A DNA stretch of 64,000 nt from Macrostomum hystrix (lineage: Eukaryota > Animalia > Platyhelminthes). This document shows, one piece after another, positions 11,794 through 24,767 of this stretch. The notes below the pieces were generated by a model. It saw nothing but the letters and a program-made list of their open reading frames with translations. It was not told the origin of the DNA and did no database searches. The position numbers were made by a program, and so were the translations under genes. Each line of letters starts with the position of its first letter. The first letter of the stretch is position 1. The DNA lies in assembly GCA_950097015.1 (NCBI GenBank), contig CATNEN010000038.1, positions 10,912,001 to 10,976,000 on the forward strand, read 5' to 3'.

Positions 11794-14630
11794 TCTAATA
11801 TACTAAAAATGAAAATCTTGCTTGCTTGCTTGCTTGCTTGTATGTTTGCAATCGACTAGCTCCCGAACGGCTCAACCGATTTTCAAAATTCCTTCGCCAA
11901 AAGATCACAAATGGGCCGGAATCTTGCTTGCTTGCTTGCTTGCTTGTATGTTTGCAATCGACTAGCTCCCGAACGGCTCAACCGATTTTCAAAATTCCTT
12001 CGCCAAAAGATCACAAATGGGCCGGAATCGGTACACGTAATTTTATTAAGCTTAATTCCATTGGCAAGGGGATTAAATATTCGAAAAACAGTTTTAAATA
12101 GGCTTTTCTAATGCATTCTTGTTTTCAGCTTGTGCACAGTGAGGCCTCCAGTGCCAATTTTAATGATTGCATCGGAGCCAATTTTGATAACGCACTGATA
12201 AGAACTCACAGGGAGGCTACCCAGAGGGTAGCGAAGGCAGCTAGTCTTCTTCTAATATACTAAAAATGAAAATCTTGCTTGCTTGCTTGCTTGTATGTTT
12301 GCAATCGACTAGCTCCCGAACGGCTCAACCGATTTTCAAAATTCCTTCGCCAAAAAATCACAAATGGGCCGGAATCGGTACACGTAATTTTATTAAGCTT
12401 AATTCCATTGGCAAGGGGATTAAATATTCGAAAAACAGTTTTAAATAGGCTTTTCTAATGCATTCTTGTTTTCAGCTTGTGCACAGTGAGGCTCCAGTGC
12501 CAATTTTAATGATTGCATCAGAGCCAATTTTGATAACGCACTGATAAGAACTCAAGGGAGGCTACCCAGAGGGTAGCGAAGGCAGCTAGTCTTCTAATAT
12601 ACTAAAAATGAAAATCTTGCTTGCTTGTTTGCAATCGACTAGCTCCCGAACGGCTCAACCGATTTTCAAAATTCCTTCGCCAAAAGATCACAAATGGGCC
12701 GGAATCGGTACACGTAATTTTATTAAGCTTAATTCCATTGCCAAGGGGATTAAATATTCGAAAAACTGTTTTAAATAGGCTTTTCTAATGCATTCTTGTT
12801 TTCAGCTTGTGCACAGTGAGGCCTCCAGTGCCAATTTTAATGATTGCATCAGAGCCAGTTTTGATAACGCACGCGCGTACTGATAAGAACTCACAGGGAG
12901 GCTACCCAGAGGGTAGCGAAGGCAGCTAGTCTAATATACTAAAAATGAAAATCTTGTATGTATGTTTCTAATATACTAAAAATGAAAATCTTGTTTGTAT
13001 GTTTGTATGTTTGTATGTTTGCAATCGACTAGCTCCCGAACGGCTCAACCGATTTTCACAATTCCTTCGCCAAAAGATCACAAATGGGCCGGAATCGGTA
13101 CACGTATTTTTATTAAGCTTAATTCCATTGCCAAGGGGATTAAATATTCGAAAAACTGTTTTAAATAGGCTTTTCTAATGCATTCTTGTTTTCAGCTTGT
13201 GCACAGTGAGGCTCCAGTGCCAATTTTTATGATTGCATCAGAGCCAGTTTTGATAACGAACTGATAAGAACTCAATGGAGGCTACCCAGAGGGTAGCGAA
13301 GGCAGCTAGTCTATCTTCTAATATACTAAAAATGAAAATCTTGTATGTTTGTATGTTTGCAATCGACTAGCTCCCGAACGGCTCAACCGATTTTCGCAAT
13401 TCCTTCGCTAAAAGATCACAATTGGTCCCGAATCGGTACACGTATTTTTATTAAGCTTAATTCCATTGCCAAGGGGATTAAATATTCGAAAAACAGTTTT
13501 AAATAGGCTTTTCTAATGCATTCTTGTTTTCAGCTTGTGCACAGTGAGGCCTCCAGTGCCAATTTTAATGATTGCATCAGAGCCAGTTTTGATAACGAAC
13601 TGATAAGAACTCACAGGGAGGCTACCCAGAGGGTAGCGAAGGCAGCTAGTCTTATATACTAAAAATGAAAATCTTGTATGTTTGTATGTTTGCAATCGAC
13701 TAGCTCCCGAACGGCTCAACCGATTTTCACAATTCCTTCGCCAAAAGATCACAAATGGGCCCGAATCGGTACACGTATTTTTTTTAAGCTTAATTCCATT
13801 GCCAAGGGGATTAAATATTCGAAAAACAGTTTTAAATAGGCTTTTCTAATGCATTCTTGTTTTCAGCTTGTGCACAGTGAGGCTCCAGTGCCAATTTTAA
13901 TGATTGCATCAGAGCCAGTTTTGATAACGAACTGATAAGAACTCCAGTGAGGCTACCCAGAGGGTAGCGAAGGCAGCTAGTCTAATATACTAAAAATGAA
14001 AATCTTGTTTGTATGTTTGTATGTTTGCAATCGACTAGCTCCCGAACGGCTCAACCGATTTTCAAAATTCCTTCGCCAAAAGATCACAAATGGGCCGGAA
14101 TCGGTACACGTAATTTTATTAAGCTTAATTCCATTGGCAAGGGGATTAAATATTCGAAAAACAGTTTTAAATAGGCTTTTCTAATGCATTCTTGTTTTCA
14201 GCTTGTGCACAGTGAGGCTCCAGTGCCAATTTTAATGATTGCATCAGAGCCAGTTTTGATAACGAACTGATAAGAACTCACAGGGAGGCTACCCAGAGGG
14301 TAGCGAAGGCAGCTAGTCTTCTTATATACTAAAAATGAAAATCTTGTATGTTTGTATGTTTGCAATCGACTAGCTCCCGAACGGCTCAACCGATTTTCGC
14401 AATTCCTTCGCCAAAAGATCACAAATGGGCCGGAATCGGTACACGTATTTTTATTAAGCTTAATTTCATTGCCAAGGGGATTAAATATTCGAAAAACAGT
14501 TTTAAATAGGCTTTTCTAATGCATTCTTGTTTTCAGCTTGTGCACAGTGAGGCTCCAGTGCCAATTTTAATGATTGCATCAGAGCCAGTTTTGATGGCTC
14601 TCAAAAATGAAAATCTTGCTTGCTTGCTTG
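11794..14630 (+). mobile_element. Helitron family A tandem block 1 (7 complete units of about 335 bp, one 3'-truncated unit, stubs)
   Basis: CTAG ends at 12244, 12589, 12929, 13309, 13649, 13980 and 14316. Each has a 5' (CTTG)n/(TATG)n microsatellite, the CCGAACGGCTCAACCGATTTT motif and the 3' GCTACCC-AGA-GGGTAGC hairpin. Confidence 0.92.
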
Positions 14631-14636
14631 TCTTCT

Positions 14637-17600
14637 TCCACTATACTAAAAATGAAATGCTTGCTTGCTTGTAATTGATTTTCTCCCGAACGGCTCAACC
14701 GATTTTCACCATTTCTTCACCAAAAGATGCCAAATATGGGGACAATTTTACACGTATTTTTATTAAGCTGAACTTTATTGCTAAGGGGATTAAATATTCG
14801 AAAAACATGATTTTTTTAAAGGTCAAACCATCTTGGCCTATTGAGAATTTTACTCACTGCCACTGAATTAGAATTGCATCGTCAAATTGCGCAACAACCC
14901 CTAGCTGATTGAATTTGAAGCCTGCACTCTGGAGACAAATTGGAAATAAATGTACACAACCAACCGCGAGACTGAGTGTACTCTATTTTCTCACTTCATT
15001 GTACAAAGCCAGAACTTTGAGAATTCATTTTATAAGGCTGATTTTTGCACCCACTAACCAACAGTCGGAATAGCCGATGTGTAGGCACTAGGAATAGGTT
15101 AGGCTAGGCTAGGGTTCGATTCTGCACTGCGTCAAATCATTTAGACTAATTTTCAGCCAGTAGTGATTGAAGAATTTTTTAATTTATTTTTTTCATTTCG
15201 TAAATAAAATATCATAAATCATAGCACACAGGCTAAAACAGAGATTGAATCATGGCTAAACCAGAGTCTTAATCATGGCTAAACCAGAGTCTGAATCAAG
15301 GCTAAACCAGAGTCTGAATCATGGCTAAACCAGAGTCTGAATCATGGCTAAACCAGAGTCTGAATCATGGCTAAACCAGAGTCTGAATCATGGCTAAACC
15401 AGAGTCTGAATCATGGCTACACCAGAGTCTGAATCATGGCTAAACCAGAGTCTGAATCAAGGCTAAACCAGAGTCTGAATCATGGCTAAACCAGAGTCTG
15501 AATCATGGCTAAACCAGAGTCTGAATCATGGCTAAACCAGAGTCTGAATCATGGCTAAACCAGAGTCTGAATCAAGGCTAAACCAGAGTCTGGATCATGG
15601 CTAAACCAGAGTTTGAATCATAGCTAAACCAGAGTCTGAATCATGGCTAAACCAGAGTCTGAATCATTGCTACACCAGAGTCTGGATCATGGCTAAACCA
15701 GAGTCTGAATCATGGCTAAACTAGAGTCTGAATCATGGCTACACCAGAGTCTGAATCATGGCTACACCAGAGTCTGAATCATGGCTAAACCAGAGTTTGA
15801 ATCATAGCTAAACCAGAGTCTGAATCATGGCTAAAACAGAGTCTGAATCATTGCTACACCAGAGTCTGAATCATGGCTACACCAGAGTCTGAATCATGGC
15901 TAAATTTGAATCAAGGCGAAACCAGAGTTTGAATCATAGCTAACCAGAGTTTGAATCATGGCTAAACCAGCGTCTGAATCATGGCTACACCAGAGTTTAA
16001 ATCATGGCTAAAACAGAGTTTGAATCATGGTTAAACCAGCGTTTGAATCATGGCTAAACCAGAGTTTGAATCATGGCCAACCAGAGTTTGAATCATGGCT
16101 AAACCAGAGTTTGAATCATGGCAAAATCAGAGTTTTAATCATGACTAAACCAGATTTTGAATCATGGTTAAACCAGCGTTTGAATTATGGCTACACCAGA
16201 GTCTGAATCATGGCTAAACCAGAGTCTGAATCATGGCTAAACCAGAGTCTAAATCATGGCTAAAACAGAGTCTGAATCATGGCTAAACCAGAGTCTGAAT
16301 CATGGCTACACCAGAGTCTGAATCATGGCTAAACCAGAGTTTGAATCATAGCTAAACCAGAGTCTGAATCATGGCTAAACCAGAGTCTGAATCATTGCTA
16401 CACCAGAGTCTGAATCATGGCTCATAGCTAAACCAGAGTCTGAATCATGGCTAAACCAGAGTTTGAATCATGGCTAAACCAGAGTCTGAATCATGGCTAA
16501 CCCAGCATTTGAATCATGGCTAAACCAGCGTTTGAATCATGGCTAAACCAGCGTTTGAATCATGGCTAAACCAGCATTTGAATCATGGCTAAACCAGCGT
16601 TTGAATCATGGCTAAACCAGAGTTTGAATCATGGCTAAACCAGAGTTTGAATCATGGCCAAACCAGAGTTTGAATCATGGCTAACCCAGCATTTGAATCA
16701 TGGCTAAACCAGCGTTTGAATCATGGCTAAACCAGCGTTTGAATCATGGCTAAACCAGAGTTTGAATCATGGCTAAACCAGAGCTTGAATCATGGCTAAA
16801 CCAGAGCTTGAATCATGGCTAAACCAGAGTTTGAATCATGGCTAAAACAGAGTCTGAATCATTGCTACACCAGAGTCTGAATCATGGCTACACCAGAGTC
16901 TGAATCATGGCTAAATTTGAATCAAGGCGAAACCAGAGTTTGAATCATAGCTAACCAGAGTTTGAATCATGGCTAAACCAGCGTCTGAATCATGGCTACA
17001 CCAGAGTTTAAATCATGGCTAAAACAGAGTTTGAATCATGGTTAAACCAGCGTTTGAATCATGGCTAAACCAGAGTTTGAATCATGGCCAACCAGAGTTT
17101 GAATCATGGCTAAACCAGAGTTTGAATCATGGCAAAATCAGAGTTTTAATCATGACTAAACCAGATTTTGAATCATGGTTAAACCAGCGTTTGAATTATG
17201 GCTACACCAGAGTCTGAATCATGGCTAAACCAGAGTCTGAATCATGGCTAAACCAGAGTCTAAATCATGGCTAAAACAGAGTCTGAATCATGGCTAAACC
17301 AGAGTCTGAATCATGGCTACACCAGAGTCTGAATCATGGCTAAACCAGAGTTTGAATCATAGCTAAACCAGAGTCTGAATCATGGCTAAACCAGAGTCTG
17401 AATCATTGCTACACCAGAGTCTGAATCATGGCTCATAGCTAAACCAGAGTCTGAATCATGGCTAAACCAGAGTTTGAATCATGGCTAAACCAGAGTCTGA
17501 ATCATGGCTAACCCAGCATTTGAATCATGGCTAAACCAGCGTTTGAATCATGGCTAAACCAGCGTTTGAATCATGGCTAAACCAGCATTTGAATCATGGC

Positions 17601-19907
17601 TAAACCAGCGTTTGAATCATGGCTAAACCAGAGTTTGAATCATGGCTAAACCAGAGTTTGAATCATGGCCAAACCAGAGTTTGAATCATGGCTAACCCAG
17701 CATTTGAATCATGGCTAAACCAGCGTTTGAATCATGGCTAAACCAGCGTTTGAATCATGGCTAAACCAGAGTTTGAATCATGGCTAAACCAGAGCTTGAA
17801 TCATGGCTAAACCAGAGCTTGAATCATGGCTAAACCAGAGTTTGAATCATGGCTAAACCAGAGCTTGAATCATGGCTAAACCAGAGTTTGAATCATGGCA
17901 AAACCAGCGTTTGAAAAATCAACGTCAACTGTGGAGTCATCCTCAAAATGGGGATCAAGGTAAACTGGGGGATAATCATCAACTGGAGGATCTTGGTAAA
18001 CTGGGGGGATAATTGTCAACTGGGGGATCATTGTCAACTGGGGGATCATTGTGAACTGAGGGATCATTGTCAACTAGGGGGTAATGGTCAACTGGGGGAT
18101 AATTGTCAACTGGGGAATCATCATCAAATGGGGGATCATGGTCAACTTGGGGATCATTGTCAACTCGGTGATCATCATCAACTGGGGATCATCATCAACT
18201 GGGGGATCATCATCAACTGGGGGATCATTGTGAACTGGGGGATCTTTGTCAACTGTGGGATCATTGTCAACTGGGGGATCATTGTCAACTGGGGGATCGT
18301 TGTCAACTGGGGGTTCATTGTCAACTGGGGGATCATTGTCAACTGGGGGATCATTGTCAACTGGGGGATCATTGTCAACTGGGGGATCATTGTCAACTGG
18401 GGGTTCATTGTGAACTGGGGGATCTTTGTCAACTGGGGGATCATTGTCAACTGTGGGATCATTGTCAACTGGGGGATCATTGTCAACTGGGGGATCATTG
18501 TCAACTGGGGGTTCATTGTCAACTGGGGGTTCATTGTCAACTGGGGGATCATTGTCAACTGGGGGATAATTGTCAACTGGGGGATAATTGTCACGGGGAA
18601 ACATCACCAAATGCGGGATCATAATCAACTGGGGGATCATTGTCAACTAGGGGATCATGTTCAACTGGGGGAACATTGTCAACTGGGATCACCATCAATG
18701 GGGGATCATAGTCAACTGAGAGATAATTGTCGACTGGGGGATAATCGTCAACTGGGGGATCATGGTCAACTGGAGGATCATTGTCAACGGGGGGATAATT
18801 GTCAACTGGGGGATAATTGTCAACTGGGGAGTCATCATCAAATGCGGGATCATGGTCAACTGGGGGATAATTGTCAATGTCAACTGGGGGATCATTGTCA
18901 ACTGGGAGATCATTGTCAATGTCAACTGGGGGATCATTGTCAACTGGGGATCATTGTAAACTGGGGGATCATTGTCAACTGGGGATCATTGTAAACTGGG
19001 GGATCATTGTCAACTGGGGGTTTATCATCACCCGGAGGATCATTGTGAACTGGGGGGATCATTGTCAACTTGTTGATCATCATCAACTGGGGGATCATTG
19101 TCAACTTGTTGATCATCATCAACTGGGGGATCATTGTCAACTTGTTGATCATCATCAACTGGGGGATCATTGTCAACTTGTTGATTATCATCAACTGGGG
19201 GATCATTGTCAACTTGTTGATCATCATCAACTGGGGGATCATTGTCAACTGTGGGAACATTGTCAACTGGGGGAACGTTGTCAACTGGAGATTATCATCA
19301 ATGGGGAGTCATCATTAACTGGGGGATCATTGTCAACTGCGTGATCATCATCAATTGAGGGATTATTGTCAACTCGGGGATCATTATCAACTGTGGGAAC
19401 ATTGTCAACTGGGGATCATCATCAATGGGGGAGTCATCATTAACTGGGGGATCATTGTCAACTGCGTGATCATCATCAATTGAGGGATTATTGTCAACTG
19501 GGGGATCATAATCAACTGCGTGATCATCATCAATTGGGGGATTATTGTCAACGGGGGGATCATAATCAACTGCGTGATCATCATCAATTGGGGGATTATT
19601 GTCAACGGGGGGATCATTGTCAACTGGGGGATCATTGTCAACTGGGGGATCATTGTCAACTGGGGGATCTTTATCAACTGGGGGATCATTGTCAACTGGG
19701 GGATCATTGTCAACTGGGGGATCTTTATCAACTGGGGGATCATTGTCAACTGGGGGATCATTGTCAACTGGGGGATCTTTATCAACTGGGGGATCATTGT
19801 CAACTGATCATTGTAGCGTAAAAAGGCTGAAAATGCAGCTGCTAAAAAGTGTATACTGGACGAATTAAAAATATTTCTGCTCCCCGAAGGGGGGCAAAAC
19901 TTGCTAG
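14637..19907 (+). mobile_element. Helitron family B copy 1 (23-bp minisatellite ~15230-17915, 18-bp minisatellite ~17920-19815)
   Basis: 5' TCCACTATAC; 3' GCTCCCC-GAA-GGGGGGC-AAAACTTG-CTAG. Internal units gaatcatggctaaaccagagtct and caactgggggatcattgt. Confidence 0.9.
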
Positions 19908-22900
19908 TCTAATATACTAAAAATGAACTGTTTACTTACTTGGTTGTAATTGATTTTCTCCCGAACGGCTCAACCGATTTTCACCATTTCTTCACCAAAA
20001 GATGCTAAATATGGGGAGAATTATACACGTATTTTTATTAAGCTTAACTTTATTGCTAAGGGGATTAAATATTCGAAAAACATGATTTTTTCAAAGGTCA
20101 AACCATCTTGGCCTATTGAGAATTTTACTCACTGCCACTGAATTAGAATTGCATCGTCAAATTGCGCAACAACCCCTAGCTGATTGAATTTGAAGCCTGC
20201 ACTCTGGAGACAAATTAGAAATAAATGTACACAACCAACCGCGAGACTGAGTGTACTCTATTTTCTTACTTCATTGTACAAAGCCAGAACTTTGAGAATT
20301 CATTTTATAAGGCTGATTTCTGCACCCACTAACCAACAGTCGGAATAGCCGATGTGTAGGCACTAGGAATAGGTTAGGCTAGGCTAGGGTTCGATTCTGC
20401 ACTGCGTCAAATCATTTAGACTAATTTTCAGCCAGTAGTGATTGAAGATTATTTTAATTTATTTTTTTCATTTCGTAAATAAAATATCATAAATCATAGC
20501 ACACCTGAGTTTGAATCATTGCAAAAATAGAGTTTGAATCATGGCTAAACCAGAGTCTGAATCATGGCTAAACCAGAGTCTGAATCATGGCTAAACTAGA
20601 GTCTGAATCATGGCTAAACCAGAGTTTGAACCATGGCTAAACCAGAGTTTGAATCATGGCTAAACCAGAGTCTGAATCATGGCAAAACCAGAGTTTCAAT
20701 CATGGCTAAACCAGAGTTTCAATCATGGCTAAACCAGCGTCTGAATCATGGCTAAACCAGCGTCTGAATCATGGCTAAACCAGAGTTTGAATCATGGCTA
20801 AACCAGCGTCTGTATCATGGCTAAACCAGAGTTTGAATCATGGCTAAACCAGAGACTAAATCATGGCTACACCAGGCTTTGAATCATGGCTAAACCATCA
20901 TCATCAGCATGGCTAAACCAGAGTTTGAATCATGGCTAAACCAGAGTTTGAATAATGGCTACACCAGAGTTTGAATCATGGCTAAACCAGAGTCTGAATC
21001 ATGGCTAAACTAGAGTCTGAATCATGGCTAAACCAGAGTTTGAACCATGGCTAAACCAGAGTTTGAATCATGGCTAAACCAGAGTCTGAATCATGGCTAA
21101 ACCAGAGTTTCAATCATGGCTAAACCAGAGTTTCAATCATGGCTAAACCAGCGTCTGAATCATGGCTAAACCAGCGTCTGAATCATGGCTAAACCAGCGT
21201 CTGAATCATGGCTAAACAAGAGTTTCAATCATGGCTAAACCAGCGTCTGAATCATGGCTAAACCAGCGTCTGAATCATGGCTAAACCTGAGTTTGAATCA
21301 TGGCTAAACCAGAGACTAAATCATGGCTAAACCAGCGTCTGAATCATGGCTAAACCAGAGTTTGAATCATGGCTAAACCAGAGACTAAATCATGGCTAAA
21401 CCAGCGTCTGAATCATGGCTAAACCAGAGTCTGAATCATGGCTAAACCAGCGTCTGAATCATGGCTAAACCAGAGTTTGAATCAGGGCTAAACCAGAGAC
21501 TAAATCATGGCTAAACCAGCGTCTGAATCATGGCTAAACCAGAGTTTGAATCATGGCTAAACCAGAGTCTGAATCATGGCTAAACCAGAGTCTGAATCAT
21601 GGCTAAACTAGAGTCTGAATCATGGCTAAACCAGAGTTTGAACCATGGCTAAACCAGAGTTTGAATCATGGCTAAACCAGAGTCTGAATCATGGCAAAAC
21701 CAGAGTTTCAATCATGGCTAAACCAGAGTTTCAATCATGGCTAAACCAGCGTCTGAATCATGGCTAAACCAGCGTCTGAATCATGGCTAAACCAGAGTTT
21801 GAATCATGGCTAAACCAGCGTCTGTATCATGGCTAAACCAGAGTTTGAATCATGGCTAAACCAGAGACTAAATCATGGCTACACCAGGCTTTGAATCATG
21901 GCTAAACCATCATCATCAGCATGGCTAAACCAGAGTTTGAATCATGGCTAAACCAGAGTTTGAATAATGGCTACACCAGAGTTTGAATCATGGCTAAACC
22001 AGAGTCTGAATCATGGCTAAACTAGAGTCTGAATCATGGCTAAACCAGAGTTTGAACCATGGCTAAACCAGAGTTTGAATCATGGCTAAACCAGAGTCTG
22101 AATCATGGCTAAACCAGAGTTTCAATCATGGCTAAACCAGAGTTTCAATCATGGCTAAACCAGCGTCTGAATCATGGCTAAACCAGCGTCTGAATCATGG
22201 CTAAACCAGCGTCTGAATCATGGCTAAACCAGAGTTTCAATCATGGCTAAACCAGCGTCTGAATCATGGCTAAACCAGCGTCTGAATCATGGCTAAACCT
22301 GAGTTTGAATCATGGCTAAACCAGAGACTAAATCATGGCTAAACCAGCGTCTGAATCATGGCTAAACCAGAGTTTGAATCATGGCTAAACCAGAGACTAA
22401 ATCATGGCTAAACCAGCGTCTGAATCATGGCTAAACCAGAGTCTGAATCATGGCTAAACCAGCGTCTGAATCATGGCTAAACCAGAGTTTGAATCAGGGC
22501 TAAACCAGAGACTAAATCATGGCTAAACCAGCGTCTGAATCATGGCTAAACCAGAGTTTGAATCATGGCTAAACCAGAGACTAAATCATGGCTAAACCAG
22601 CGTCTGAATCATGGCTAAACCAGAGTCTGAATCATGGCTAAACCAGCGTCTGAATCATGGCTAAACCAGAGTTTGAATCATGGCTAAACCAGAGACTAAA
22701 TCATGGCTAAACCAGCGTCTGAATCATGGCTAAACCAGAGTCTGAATCATGGCTAAACCAGCGTCTGAATCATGGCTAAACCAGAGTTTGAATCAGGGCT
22801 AAACTAGAGTCTGAATCATGGCTAAACCAGAGTTTGAATCATGGCTAAACCAGAGTTTGAATCATGGCTAAACCAGAGACTAAATCATGGCTAAACCAGC

Positions 22901-24767
22901 GTCTGAATCATGGCTAAACCAGCGTCTGAATCATGGCTAAACCAGAGTTTGAATCATGGCTAAACCAGAGACTAAATCATGGCTACACCAGGCTTTGAAT
23001 CATGGCTAAACCATCATCATCAGCATGGCTAAACCAGAGTTTGAATCATGGCTAAACCATCATCATCAGCATGGCTAAACCAGCGTCTGAATCATGGCTA
23101 AACCAGAGTTTGAATCATGGCTAAACCAGAGTTTGAATAATGGCTACACCAGAGTTTGAATCATGGCTAAACCAGAGTCTGAATCATGGCTAAACCATCA
23201 TCATCAGCATGGCTAAACCAGCGTCTGAATCATGGCTAAACCAGAGTTTGAATCATGGCTAAACCAGAGTTTGAATCATGGCTAAACCAGAGTTTGAATC
23301 ATAGCCAACCAGAGTTTGAATCTTGGCTAAACCAGAGTTTCAATCATGGCTAACCCGGCGTTTGAATCATGGCTAAACCAGAGTTTGAATCATGGCAAAA
23401 ACCGAGTTTCAATAATGGCTAACCCAGCGTTTGAATCATGGCTAAACCAGAGTTTGAATCATGGCTAAACCAGAGTTTGAATCATGGCTAAACCAGAGTT
23501 TGAATCATGGCTAAACCAGAGTTTGAATCATAGCCAACCAGAGTCTGAATCATGGCAAAACGAGAGTTTGAATCATAGCCCACCAGGGTTTAAAACATGT
23601 CGAAACCTGAGTTTGAATCTTGGCTAACCCAGCGTTTGAAAAATCAACGTCAACTGGGGAGTCATCATCAAAATGGGGATCATGGTGAACTGGGGGATAA
23701 TCGTCAACTGGGGGATCATGGTAAACTGGGGGATAATTGTCAACTGGGGGATCATTGTCAACTGGGGGATCATTGTCAACTGGGGGATCATTGTCAACTG
23801 GGGGATCATTGTCAACTGGGGGATCATTGTCAACTGGGGGATCATTGTCAACTAGGGGGTAATGGTCAACTGGGGGATAATCGTCAACTGGGGGATCATT
23901 GTCAACTGGGGGATCATTGTCAACTGTGGGATCATTGTCAACTGGGGGATCATTGTCAACTGGGGGATCATTGTCAACTGGGGGATCATTGTCAACTGGG
24001 GGTTCATTGTCAACTGGGGGATCATTGTCAACGGGGGGATCATTGTCAACTGGGGGATCATTGTCAACTGGGGGTTCATTGTCAACTGGGGGTTCATTGT
24101 CAACTGTGGGATCATTGTCAACGGGCGGGATCATTGTCAACTGGGGAATCATTGTCAACTGGGGGATCATTGTCAACTGGGGGATCATTGTCAACTGGGT
24201 GATCATCATCAACTGGGGGATCATTGTCAACTGGGGGAACATTGTCAACTGGAGGAACATTGTTAACTGGGGATCATCATCAATGGGGAGTCATCATCAA
24301 CTGGGGGATCATTGTGAACTGGGGGATCTTTGTTAACTGGGGGATCATTGTCAACTGGGGGATCATTGTCAACTGGGGGATCATTGTCAACTGGGGGATC
24401 ATTGTCAACTGGGGGATCATTGTCAACTGGGGGATCATTGTCAACTGGGGGATCATTGTCAACTGGGGGATCATTGTCAACTGGGGGTTCATTGTGAACT
24501 GGGGGATCTTTGTCAACTGGGGGATCATTGTCGACTGTGGGATCATTGTCAACTGGGGATCATTGTCGACTGCGGGATCATTGCTAACTGGGGAATCATT
24601 GTCAACTGGGGGATCATTGTCGACTGCGGGATCATTGCTAACTGGGGGATCATTGTCAACTGGGGGATCAATGTAGAATTAAAAAGCTGTAAATTCAGCT
24701 GCTAAAAAGTATATAATAGACGAATTAAAAATATTTCTGCTCCCCGAAGGGGGGCAAAACTTGCTAG
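19908..24767 (+). mobile_element. Helitron family B copy 2
   Basis: Same architecture, joined CTAG|TC to copy 1. 23-bp array ~20505-23640, 18-bp array ~23645-24675. Confidence 0.9.

Noticed and set aside
15230-17915. X-boxes in the 23-bp Helitron minisatellite (CATGGCTAAAC)
   Set aside because: It does not match the RGYAAC half-site and lacks the partner half.
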